IMG/VR virus record: IMGVR_UViG_3300014202_000133
Span: 1-44,919 of that record
Strand: one strand, 5' to 3'
From: a virus
Length of the DNA: 44,919 bases
In this document: positions 24,653 through 33,048 of the stretch, piece after piece
Layout of the letters: every line of letters begins with the position of its first letter
Position numbering within the stretch: position 1 is the first letter of the stretch
Notes under the pieces: model-generated
Seen by the model: only the letters and a program-made list of their open reading frames with translations
Database searches by the model: none
Told to the model about the DNA's origin: nothing
Made by a program: the position numbers and the translations under genes

Positions 24653-25307
24653 TTGTATTGCCTTCCTGAATAAATGGGGCTTGACCAAATGGCGCCGCCG
24701 ACCCCGTGCCAGCTTCGGAAAAACCAAAAACAGGAATGTCGGTGGTAATGAGTATAGCACCGACCCCCGCTGGCCTTGGTAAAGCTCCCGATTGCGTCAT
24801 AATCGCAAATTCATAATCTGTAAGCAAGAACTCAAACGTATACCTCAGATTCATGCCACCCAAATCGTTGACATAACACCGACCTCGACCGGCGAACATG
24901 TTTTGCAAAAGTTGATTTAACGAAGGTGAATTTGTGGCGGAAATGTTCGATAACGCCTTAACTAAAATCAATTGCCGGTAAGCATCATCGGCAAGTCGAT
25001 ATGTATTTGTCGCCCCCTGCGTTCCGTCCCAAAAAGGTTGTTCTCCAAAAGGATATGAACCGGGCAAGGCGTCACTAAATCCAAAATATGTATCTGGCGG
25101 CGGTATCTGCAATTCACGCGAGATATTGACAATGCGACCCCAAATGTCTAGGCCGAAGCCTTGGGCAGTTTCCACATTCCAAACAAAATCATAAAATGTG
25201 TTGAAGTCCGACCGTGGGTCAATATACTGGTCCATATTACGGACCAATTGCGTAATTGTGGCGCTGTTGCCGTATTGGCTGATTATGGTTTCTTCGACGT
25301 TAATCAT
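24639..25307 (-). CDS. Baseplate/tail protein, DUF2612-like
   Basis: ATG at 25307 (the track start is TTG). MINVEETIISQYGNSATITQLV...FYDFVWNVETAQGFGLDIWGRIV matches my memory of DUF2612. Confidence 0.65.
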   Translation of the reverse strand: MINVEETIISQYGNSATITQLVRNMDQYIDPRSDFNTFYDFVWNVETAQGFGLDIWGRIVNISRELQIPPPDTYFGFSDALPGSYPFGEQPFWDGTQGATNTYRLADDAYRQLILVKALSNISATNSPSLNQLLQNMFAGRGRCYVNDLGGMNLRYTFEFLLTDYEFAIMTQSGALPRPAGVGAILITTDIPVFGFSEAGTGSAAPFGQAPFIQEGNTNAAN

Positions 25308-25309
25308 GG

Positions 25310-26527
25310 TCAAACCAGCGTAACGGAAATATCGGAAGCACTCAAGGTCGGCTTTTGGTCAATCCCGACCGACACTTGGCTTAATGTTGGGGTGCTGGTC
25401 CCAATCAGAATGCTGATGAGGGACACATTCGGCGCCACGCTCACGACAGCGCCATAGTAGCGGCTGGCAAGTATCAAAGACCCCATGCGCTCCCGCGTGG
25501 TGCCGTCGGCCCCATTGAAGCGCGCAATGATTGCGTCCTGCACCAGTTGAACAATGTTCGACGGCAAGCTGGCGTCGTTGACCAATTGCACGGCAAATTT
25601 AACTGGAAGGGCCGCGGGGCGTTCAAATTTGACAGTGTAAGTCGGTTGCGGATAGTTATAGCCGCTGGCGTCAGTGACTACGACGGACGTGTTGCCGTTG
25701 TAATCGCACCCGGTATCCTTTTTTCGCCAGATTGCGGCGGCAATGTCAGCGTCGGTGCCACCCACAACGGCCACATAGACCGAATGCTGGAGCAATGGAT
25801 AATTGGTGCTTCCAGTGTTCACCGTGTTGCCGCTTGGGTTGTCCTTGACATAGACGTCGAGAACGTCAGGCAATGCGAACACTTCCGCATAAATGGCGGC
25901 CGGTGTCCCCTTGCCGTTCAATGCGACAGAATTCTTCCGCCGGTATTCAAAGTCGGCCCGGCTTTCAACGTCCTGCCCCATGGTGCCATCGGCCGCGTTC
26001 GTGATTGCGTCCCAGCCCGGCACGGCTTGATAAACTTGGGTCAAGGTTCCGGCCGCGCACGGAATGGGGCCATTTTCAATATTTTGGAATTCGGCGTCGA
26101 CGGTGCCAGTGGTGCCAATCGTTGCGGCGCCGGAAGCGGCGTAAGTGTTCCCGCTTGTATCTTGGGCCAAAGTGCCCGCCGGAATGACGGTGCCCACCAG
26201 GCCGGTAAGTGTGGCCGTCACGGCTGTCGGCGTGGCTGGCTTGCGGGTCAGAAAGTAAATGCGCCCGATTGCGTCCTGAAAACGGTCGGCGGAATATTGG
26301 GGGTCGACTTGATTTACGAAAGTTGCAATTTCGTTATTTTTGTCAGCAATAACGGCGGCCTGGCTTGATGCAAGTTGCCCTTGCGGAGTCTCAAGCGCCG
26401 GGTTTAGCCCGCCACCGAATGCCGCATTCATGTCGGCCTGTACGCCCGCCAATACGTCAGTTTCCGCCGGAATGACCAAACCAGCGGCCGTAAATTGAAT
26501 TTTTGGTACTGCGCTGGATGCCATCAT
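25310..26527 (-). CDS. Baseplate J-like protein
   Basis: 405 aa, positioned between the wedge protein and DUF2612. N-terminal PAETDVLAGVQADMNAAFGG...TPQGQL pattern of gpJ-like proteins. Confidence 0.75.
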   Translation of the reverse strand: MMASSAVPKIQFTAAGLVIPAETDVLAGVQADMNAAFGGGLNPALETPQGQLASSQAAVIADKNNEIATFVNQVDPQYSADRFQDAIGRIYFLTRKPATPTAVTATLTGLVGTVIPAGTLAQDTSGNTYAASGAATIGTTGTVDAEFQNIENGPIPCAAGTLTQVYQAVPGWDAITNAADGTMGQDVESRADFEYRRKNSVALNGKGTPAAIYAEVFALPDVLDVYVKDNPSGNTVNTGSTNYPLLQHSVYVAVVGGTDADIAAAIWRKKDTGCDYNGNTSVVVTDASGYNYPQPTYTVKFERPAALPVKFAVQLVNDASLPSNIVQLVQDAIIARFNGADGTTRERMGSLILASRYYGAVVSVAPNVSLISILIGTSTPTLSQVSVGIDQKPTLSASDISVTLV

Positions 26528-26533
26528 TGCCCC

Positions 26534-26893
26534 TTAGAAGGTCACGCCGTTGGCGGTTCCTGTTTCGTCAATAAATTGAATTTGTCCGGTAATTTCGCGG
26601 GCGTCGAATGCCGAAATTATACATTGGGCAGTCACGACGCCGGGGACCGTCAAGGCCGCCTTTTCAATGTAGCCGGTCAGCAGGGACGCGGGCGGCAAGT
26701 GGCCTAGAACGTCCTCAAAATACGGAATGCCCTTGGTCGTCGCATACCACAATTCACCCAGGAACAAGCGCACGGCGCTGGCAACGTCTTGCGCCAGGGC
26801 GTAAGGGGGCGTCGCCATTGCGATATTTCCGGCGCTGTCAATGACCAAATCCCATGCGGATTGATCTAGTAAAAATGTGTTGTATTGCGTCAT
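26534..26893 (-). CDS. Baseplate wedge-position protein (gpW/gp25 position)
   Basis: 119 aa between the spike and the J-like gene. Assigned by position only. Confidence 0.45.
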   Translation of the reverse strand: MTQYNTFLLDQSAWDLVIDSAGNIAMATPPYALAQDVASAVRLFLGELWYATTKGIPYFEDVLGHLPPASLLTGYIEKAALTVPGVVTAQCIISAFDAREITGQIQFIDETGTANGVTF

Positions 26894-27651
26894 GTTGGGG
26901 GTCCGCTGTTGCCGCCGCCAGGCTGCACGCCCGAATGGGTATGATTATGAACGCTTGCGCCCTGTGCTGTCACGTCGCCCGTCACATTCATGGAGCCGGA
27001 GAATTGCGCCGCACCCCCGCCAGTTTGGGAAATGGTGCCATTTAGGACCGTGGCGCCGTTGACCGTAAAGGTGGGGGTCGTGACCGTGGTCGACGTGGTC
27101 CCGTTAATTTCCACAGTAGCCGCATTCAATTGGATATCGGGAGCGTCCAGCACCACGGCGACCGGGGAATGAATCTTGATGCCCGCGGCGCTGAATTGAA
27201 CATATTGCGTCGGGGTGCCGTTAAGCATGCCGCCCAGGTACATACCGTCGGAAAAGCTGTATTGCCGGAAGCTGCCCGGATTGCCTTGTTTCTTGGTCGC
27301 CTTGATCTTGGAAATATCGCGGGAAGCGAAAACGCAAACGCCAATGTCCCCTTTTTGCGGGTCCATGATGATGCCATTGGCGCCGCCCTGCAGCCGCAAA
27401 TATGGGACATTGTGAATGGTCACATGGGGCGTCGGGTTGCCCTGGCCGTCCAATTGGTTGACCAAGGGCGTGACGTCGACAAAGCCTACCGGGGACAGTG
27501 CCCCGGCGTTCGTGCAAGATTCCACGCGGACAAGGGTCGCGGTTTGCATCTTCGACAATGCTTGCTGCACCATAAAGGCGATATTGTTGAATTCCCCCCA
27601 AGTGCTGGAAGGCTTCAATTGCCCGCTTGGGATGCCGTTAGCGTCCGACAT
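26890..27651 (-). CDS. Baseplate spike / assembly protein V-like (Mu gp45-like)
   Basis: OB-fold-like N-terminal part (ATLVRVESC...VDVTPLVNQLDG...VPYLRLQGGANGIIMDPQKGDIGVCVF) and a C-terminal beta-helix-like GG-rich tail. Confidence 0.68.
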   Translation of the reverse strand: MSDANGIPSGQLKPSSTWGEFNNIAFMVQQALSKMQTATLVRVESCTNAGALSPVGFVDVTPLVNQLDGQGNPTPHVTIHNVPYLRLQGGANGIIMDPQKGDIGVCVFASRDISKIKATKKQGNPGSFRQYSFSDGMYLGGMLNGTPTQYVQFSAAGIKIHSPVAVVLDAPDIQLNAATVEINGTTSTTVTTPTFTVNGATVLNGTISQTGGGAAQFSGSMNVTGDVTAQGASVHNHTHSGVQPGGGNSGPPT

Positions 27652-28069
27652 TGGGTGCCCCTCTATGTGTCAGCAAATAGGCCATTGCTTCAAAAAGTGT
27701 GTATTCATTATCTTTGGCAAGACCCAGCATTACATTACAGCAGGCGCACAAAATTCCGCGAACCTTCCCGGTCGCATGACAATGGTCGATATGCCAACCC
27801 GCCGGGCTTCCCGGATTAGTTGTTTTGCAAATAGCGCATGAATTGTTTTGTGATTCGAGCATCAAATCATATTCTTCAACGGTAATTCCGTACTTAGTTT
27901 TTAATCGCCAGTTACGTTTTAACGCTGATTGTGCGGCCTTATTTTTCAACCCATATGCCCGCGCACGTTCCAAATCGACTAATTTTTGTTCGGGCGTCCG
28001 ATTTGCGTAATGTTTGGCGTTATGCTTTTTGGCATTGGCCTTCTTTTTATCTTGGTCTTTGTACGCCAT
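27638..28069 (-). CDS. Free-standing HNH-type homing endonuclease (endonuclease VII family)
   Basis: CAICK...WHIDHCHATGKVRGILCACCNVMLG signature. Lys-rich N-terminus. About 32% GC in a hand-counted 60-nt sample against >60% in the flanks. Confidence 0.85.
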   Translation of the reverse strand: MAYKDQDKKKANAKKHNAKHYANRTPEQKLVDLERARAYGLKNKAAQSALKRNWRLKTKYGITVEEYDLMLESQNNSCAICKTTNPGSPAGWHIDHCHATGKVRGILCACCNVMLGLAKDNEYTLFEAMAYLLTHRGAPNVGR

Positions 28070-28073
28070 GATT

Positions 28074-28946
28074 TCACCTCACCACGGCAAGACCGACCGA
28101 ATTGCCACGAATCGAAGAGAACCAGGCGCCGCCCGGCTTTTCCGATTCCAGCCTATGCCCGACCGAAGTAACGACCCATTCCCCGGCCGCTTGTTGCACG
28201 TCAGTTTCCAATTTGACGGAACCGCCGAAGGTTACGGCCGGATTGAATAGGGTTTGAAAATTGACGCCCACACCGTCAAACGTCGGATAACCCACCAGGC
28301 CGGACGCTGGCGATATCAGCGGAATGATTACTTTGCGCGGAACATTCGGCGGCGTGATTGCCAAAATCTTGTCGTCAAGATACAGGTCGCACCCGGCGGC
28401 CCGCGCAAGGTCTTTGGCCTGTTCCATGCCGGTATTGGGCAAATAAACGTCGGTCAATTGCGTGGTGACGCCGTTATTTTCAAAGGTGTAGCCCAGGTCG
28501 CGGGCAATTTGCGCCATGACCGAAGCCACGTCGACGCGGCCTTTGAAACTCCGCGGCGGGATGGCCTTCAAAGCGTTGAAAAATGCCGATTGCGCCTGAA
28601 TGTGCAAATACACGTCCGGCATGCTTTGGTAATCAGCCCAGGCGTTGACGATGTTCCCGGCGAATACCAGCGTTTCCGCGGCACCGTCGATGGCGAACAC
28701 TTCCACGGTGTTGGGAATCAGTGTGCCGGGCTTCCATTGCAGCGTCGTAACGCTGTTCATGTCGACTTGCTTCACGCCAAAAATTTTAGCGCGTAGCGTG
28801 CCCATCATCATGCCGCCAGCTTTGTCGATATCAGCGATTGCGCGGAAGCCCTGCAGCGTAATTTGGTCGTGTTCGGACGAACCGAATTTGCCAGTTCCCA
28901 AAGTAATGACGAAGCGCAATTGCTTCTTGTCGCTAAATGAGGACAT
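28074..28946 (-). CDS. Tail/baseplate hub-position structural protein
   Basis: 290 aa. Assigned by position between the TMP-distal genes and the spike. No motif recognised. Confidence 0.4.
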   Translation of the reverse strand: MSSFSDKKQLRFVITLGTGKFGSSEHDQITLQGFRAIADIDKAGGMMMGTLRAKIFGVKQVDMNSVTTLQWKPGTLIPNTVEVFAIDGAAETLVFAGNIVNAWADYQSMPDVYLHIQAQSAFFNALKAIPPRSFKGRVDVASVMAQIARDLGYTFENNGVTTQLTDVYLPNTGMEQAKDLARAAGCDLYLDDKILAITPPNVPRKVIIPLISPASGLVGYPTFDGVGVNFQTLFNPAVTFGGSVKLETDVQQAAGEWVVTSVGHRLESEKPGGAWFSSIRGNSVGLAVVR

Positions 28947-29241
28947 TTTCTTCCGCCGTCAAATAGACCAGTGAAAAGCGGGAGCCCAAGCCGTCATAAG
29001 TCGGGTCGGAATTACCTTGGGTATCGACAAAAAGCAAATTGCCAATGAAGCCCATGTAATTGCGGCATATAAGCGGTACGGCGTCGCGGGCAATGATACC
29101 GACGACAATATCCACCCCGTCGGCGTTAATGTCCACGAAAATGCCTTGCGGCTTTTGATAAATTAGAAGCTGCACATTTTGGCCGCCCAAAACGACTTTG
29201 GTCGCTTGGGTTGGCACGGGCTGCAATGGTATGTTTTGCAT
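28933..29241 (-). CDS. Hypothetical tail protein (102 aa)
   Basis: ATG overlaps the upstream stop. In the structural operon. Confidence 0.55.
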   Translation of the reverse strand: MQNIPLQPVPTQATKVVLGGQNVQLLIYQKPQGIFVDINADGVDIVVGIIARDAVPLICRNYMGFIGNLLFVDTQGNSDPTYDGLGSRFSLVYLTAEENVLI

Positions 29242-29996
29242 CAGTTCACCAACCCTTGAAGGTACGAACTTGCCTTGTCGGCCAGGCCGGGCAATTTGTT
29301 CGCAATGCTTTTCAATGTGGACGTCGGGGGCGTTTGCGCTTGCACCTTCCCGTTGTCCGCTTGCGGTGTCGCTCCGGCGTCCTTGGGTGCATCGACGTTA
29401 CCTTTGTTCGACGTGGCGTAAAGTGCCGACACCTGGCGAATTTCCTTCAAGCTGATTTCCACAATCAGCAGCGTGGCGCCCTTGGAACTTCGCCGTTGGT
29501 AGTTGTACCTTTCGACGCTGTAATTGATGTACGTCACTTCCGGCGTCACGACGCTGTAAAGGTCCGTCGACTTGCAAGCCTTGTCGATTGATTCCAAAAA
29601 TGTGCGGCGGTTCTTTTCGCTTCCGGTCAAACACAAGGTCACGACCGGCGACGCTGGCGTTTCCACTTTGTTGTAACTGGCGAAACTGCCTTTTTCAATC
29701 GGGAAGTCGCTGACGCGGGTTTCCTTGGAATAGTCGACGGAGCCCGTGGACAAGGTCGACCCAAGGCCCGCGGCGTCCAAAGCGTTGCCAATCAGTCCGG
29801 TGAACTTTGCCGGGTCGCCCAGGGCCTTACCTTTGCTGTCGAAAATGCCCCAACGCGTATCCACTTGGAAAATGCGCCAAAGCATACCTTGCAGCAATCC
29901 AAGGCCCGCGCCAATCAACGGCGGGAAGTTGGGCGACCGCGGCAATGCCGGCACGCCTGGCGCATTGGGCACGTTCGGAAATGGAATATTCGGCAT
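29241..29996 (-). CDS. Hypothetical tail protein immediately downstream of the tape measure
   Basis: 251 aa. Pro-rich N-terminus. Assigned by position only. Confidence 0.5.
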   Translation of the reverse strand: MPNIPFPNVPNAPGVPALPRSPNFPPLIGAGLGLLQGMLWRIFQVDTRWGIFDSKGKALGDPAKFTGLIGNALDAAGLGSTLSTGSVDYSKETRVSDFPIEKGSFASYNKVETPASPVVTLCLTGSEKNRRTFLESIDKACKSTDLYSVVTPEVTYINYSVERYNYQRRSSKGATLLIVEISLKEIRQVSALYATSNKGNVDAPKDAGATPQADNGKVQAQTPPTSTLKSIANKLPGLADKASSYLQGLVN

Positions 29997-29997
29997 A

Positions 29998-31872
29998 TCA
30001 GGTCAACCCGTAATTGGCTTGCGAAGTGAATAGGTAGTCTAGCGACTTGCCCATGTCCTTGGCAATGCCGGGCGCGTCGGTTGCGGCCGAATACACCTTG
30101 ACTTCACCGATATGCGTTTCAACGCTTCGATTCCCGGCTTGTGGCGCCCCGGCAAGGTTCGCTTGGGCGACCGCACCAGCACCAGCCCCGGCGGCCGCCT
30201 GAGAGGCCCCAGGCACGCCCCCAAGCATGGCAAGCGCCAGTTGCCCGCGCTTCGCGGCTTCCCCGGCCTTGTCGGCGGGTCGTTCGTAGTGCGTGGACAC
30301 GGCCGCGGCGGCTTCCGCTGCCCCGGTGGTCCCGCGCAAAATGTTGCCCGCCTTGCGTTCGTTGCCTTGCGTCAATTCGTATTGCATGAAGGCCATTTGT
30401 TCTTCAAGGGTCGACCCCTGAATGTCTTTGCCAAAACGCTTCTTGAATTCCGCTTGACGGTCCGGGTGCCATTGCCCAATGCCGTATGCCTTGCCGTTGT
30501 CGCCCACAGCGGCGGGATTGAAATTTGATTCGCGGCTGATATTGGCCGCCAAGCCGGCCGCCTGTTCCTTGGACCAGCCTTGCGCCTGAAAGTAAGCCAT
30601 TGCCGCCGCCTGGCCGCTTCCGCCCGTTGCAGCGCCCGCGGCGCCGGTTGTCGACGTGCCAGGCGTGGCCGCCGGGGTCGGCACTTCTTCGCCGTACTTC
30701 TTGCCGTTGCCACTGATAAATTCGCCGGCCGCAAATTTGGCCCGCTTCCAGTCACCAGCGAACACGGCGGCCAGCACGTCGGCCGCGGCAATAGCACGGT
30801 AAATAATGTCCCCCAAGGCGTCTTTAAGCCAGCGAATCGCGTTGCCGGCCAGCTTGAAGCCCGGTTCCCATTTGCCCCAATCAATGAAGCTGTCGCCGCC
30901 ACGTTTCCACGTTTGATAGTCTTGCCACAGGGCGGCGATTGCGGCCGCCAGCGCCAGCACAGCGACCACAGTCAAGTTAATGGGAATCGTGGCCGCGGCG
31001 ATGCCCGCCAGGCCGACGGCAATGATGGTAAGGAACGTTTGCACGAACTCTTTATTTTCCCGGACCCATGCGCCAAAGTCCGCGAAGATGGCAAACATTT
31101 TTTCAAGGGCGGGCGTTGCGGCCGACAACAGTTCGCGGCCGAAGGCTTCAAAACTTTGACGGCTGTCGGTCATTGCCAGTTTCAAGCGGCTGGATTCTTC
31201 CGCTTGCTGTTTGGTGACGGCGCCATATTCTTTTTGCCGTCGAATCATCAATTCGACTTCGGAACGACCCTTCAACAAAAGTTGCATCGTGCCTTGGTCA
31301 ATGCCCATCATCCGCCCCATGTTGTTGGCGGTGGTGCGGTCCATTTTGCTGAAACGGTCGGCCAGTTCAAGCAACAAATCATTGACCGGGCGGGCCTTGC
31401 CTTGCGTGTCGGCCAGGCTCATGCCCAAGGCGGAAAAATAGGGGATAAGGCCGCTTTGCCCGGTAAGCTGCAATTCGGTTTGCGACTTACTTAGCATGTC
31501 CATGGTGCCTTGCAAACCTTCGGCGGTTCCGCCGGCAAGTTCGGCCGCATTGGACCAGGCCGAAACCGTGTTTGCGCTGTCACCCAAGTTTTTGGAAAAA
31601 CGGTCAAGGGCGGCGGACGATTCAATCATCTGTTCCGCAAAGCGTTTGACGGCCATCGTGCCGCCCAGCAAAGCCAGGAATTTAACGGCACTTTTGGCTA
31701 CGTTTTCAAAGCCTTCGGCGCCGTCCTTGCCGGTCTTCTTGAGTTTGGCGCCGGCCTTGTCGGCTTCGCTTCCGGTGTCTTTCAGACCCTTATCGACCTT
31801 GGATTTGCCCGCGTTGAATTCCGACGAATCCAAGCCGAGTTTTACAAGCAAACTGTCGATAATTGTCGCCAT
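29998..31872 (-). CDS. Tape measure protein with a C-terminal tail-lysozyme-like domain
   Basis: 624 aa following the frameshifted chaperone. Helical N-terminal region, TM-like segment TFLTIIAVGLAGIAAATIPINLTVVAVLALAAAIAAL, and C-terminal MAYFQAQGWSKEQAAGLAANISRESNFNP...YGIGQWHPDR. Confidence 0.8.
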   Translation of the reverse strand: MATIIDSLLVKLGLDSSEFNAGKSKVDKGLKDTGSEADKAGAKLKKTGKDGAEGFENVAKSAVKFLALLGGTMAVKRFAEQMIESSAALDRFSKNLGDSANTVSAWSNAAELAGGTAEGLQGTMDMLSKSQTELQLTGQSGLIPYFSALGMSLADTQGKARPVNDLLLELADRFSKMDRTTANNMGRMMGIDQGTMQLLLKGRSEVELMIRRQKEYGAVTKQQAEESSRLKLAMTDSRQSFEAFGRELLSAATPALEKMFAIFADFGAWVRENKEFVQTFLTIIAVGLAGIAAATIPINLTVVAVLALAAAIAALWQDYQTWKRGGDSFIDWGKWEPGFKLAGNAIRWLKDALGDIIYRAIAAADVLAAVFAGDWKRAKFAAGEFISGNGKKYGEEVPTPAATPGTSTTGAAGAATGGSGQAAAMAYFQAQGWSKEQAAGLAANISRESNFNPAAVGDNGKAYGIGQWHPDRQAEFKKRFGKDIQGSTLEEQMAFMQYELTQGNERKAGNILRGTTGAAEAAAAVSTHYERPADKAGEAAKRGQLALAMLGGVPGASQAAAGAGAGAVAQANLAGAPQAGNRSVETHIGEVKVYSAATDAPGIAKDMGKSLDYLFTSQANYGLT

Positions 31873-31877
31873 TTTGG

Positions 31878-32105
31878 TTATTCCTGCCGTGACAAAGCGT
31901 TATTGTAATCGTCCACGGTCACGACTTCCAGCATGTCGTAAACGTCCCGCACCCCGTAAACCGTGTCCAATTCGTGAAGCGTTGCCATCCGCTTGGATAG
32001 CAACGTCGCAATAATGGCCGAAAGGTTCAAGTATTCCGCGAACCCTTTTTGCTGGCCGCCGCCGGGGAGCCGCCGGAGATTGAGGGGGCGACGGCCTTCA
32101 AAAAA
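31878..32105 (-). CDS. Tail assembly chaperone -1 frame extension (gpT-like part of the G-T fusion)
   Basis: The -1 frame is open from the slippery site to 31878. It encodes ...LNLSAIIATLLSKRMATLHELDTVYGVRDVYDMLEVVTVDDYN, a typical gpT-like C-terminus. The only start codon in this frame is a GTG at 32123, consistent with expression by frameshifting. Confidence 0.65.
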   Translation of the reverse strand, partial: FFEGRRPLNLRRLPGGGQQKGFAEYLNLSAIIATLLSKRMATLHELDTVYGVRDVYDMLEVVTVDDYNNALSRQE

Positions 32106-32485
32106 CCCGTGTGCAGTTTCCACACTTCCGCACGGAGTTTGACGCGGGTCGCAATTTCTTCAATATCCTCTTCAATCAGATTTCGGATAATGTGGGTTTT
32201 GCTGGGGTCCGGCATGATTTGGACGCATTGCCACATTTCGGCAAGCAACGGTTCCGCCACTTCCCATTTGAGCCCGGACAACGCCTTAATGCCCACTTCG
32301 GCCATGCCCGCCATGCCCATGCGGTCGAAGCCTTCGGGGAGTTCCACGCCGCCGGCCATCAGTGCCAGGATTGCCCGCATTGCCCACGATTCGGCCTTGC
32401 TGGCGGGAAGTTCGGTCAAGACGAAAACTTTGTCTTTGTCCCGGCCTTCGTCTTGAATGGTGTAATTTGCTGTCGTGCGTGCCAT
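32027..32485 (-). CDS. Tail assembly chaperone (gpG-like, zero-frame product)
   Basis: 152 aa between tube and TMP. Contains the slippery heptamer near its 3' end. Confidence 0.7.
   Translation of the reverse strand: MARTTANYTIQDEGRDKDKVFVLTELPASKAESWAMRAILALMAGGVELPEGFDRMGMAGMAEVGIKALSGLKWEVAEPLLAEMWQCVQIMPDPSKTHIIRNLIEEDIEEIATRVKLRAEVWKLHTGFLKAVAPSISGGSPAAASKKGSRNT
32099..32108 (-). other. Programmed -1 ribosomal frameshift slippery site G GGU UUU UUG
   Basis: Minus strand GGGTTTTTTG. The zero frame reads GGT TTT TTG (G F L) and the -1 frame reads GGG TTT TTT GAA (G F F E). Both readings match the two track ORFs. Confidence 0.7.
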
Positions 32486-32510
32486 TGTGATACCTCTCCG
32501 TATCGTGATT

Positions 32511-32555
32511 CCTCTCCCGTGGTGTTAAGGCGCCCCCGGCGTGCTTCGGGAGAGG
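32511..32555 (-). promoter_or_regulatory. RNA hairpin pairing an anti-SD-like CCUCUCCC with an SD-like GGGAGAGG upstream of the chaperone gene
   Basis: Plus-strand cctctcccg (32511-32519) and cgggagagg (32547-32555) are exact reverse complements. A second GGAGAGG (the actual SD) lies 7 nt before ATG 32485. Confidence 0.35.
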
Positions 32556-32601
32556 GCAAAGCGGCTTTGTGGGCCTTGCCGGAGGCTAACTGGTGCGCCT
32601 G

Positions 32602-33039
32602 TTACAGCAGCGAACGGTTCACGCTTTCCCAGGTAATGACGTAATCCACGGGCTGCAGGACTTTTTGCGCGTCCGGGATTTGCTTTGCATTCGTGAGAAT
32701 GCCGCGGGTCAGCGTGAAAGATTCGCCGGTCGAAGGCAACGCGATTGAACCGGAAATGTAGAACACTTCCCGCGCCGTCTTCATTGCCTGAATCAGTGCG
32801 GTGAAAATGTCCTTGCTGGGGCTATCGGCCTGCAGCGTAACGGTTTGCTTCGTCGGGTTCGGAATGAAACCGGCGGTCATGCGGCCGTCGACGCCCATTT
32901 GAACTTCGGCCAGGTCAATGGCTTCCGTGGTGAAAGCCTTGTCGCTGGCGTAGCCGCGAAGCTGCACCGGGGCCGGGAACAAGCCCGCGACCACGATGGT
33001 AAAAACGCTGTTCGCGCTGGTGATTGTGGTATCAGCCAT
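32602..33039 (-). CDS. Tail tube protein
   Basis: 145 aa directly downstream of the sheath gene. AAGGAA SD. Confidence 0.7.
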   Translation of the reverse strand: MADTTITSANSVFTIVVAGLFPAPVQLRGYASDKAFTTEAIDLAEVQMGVDGRMTAGFIPNPTKQTVTLQADSPSKDIFTALIQAMKTAREVFYISGSIALPSTGESFTLTRGILTNAKQIPDAQKVLQPVDYVITWESVNRSLL

Positions 33040-33048
33040 GATTGTTCC

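Noticed and set aside
32486-32601. A tRNA or other small RNA gene in the intergenic gaps (also 2527-2896, 15235-15283, 18324-18372, 37243-37306)
   Set aside because: I could not fold a cloverleaf with acceptor and anticodon arms by eye. The structures present are simple hairpins. A tRNAscan-type search would be the decisive check.
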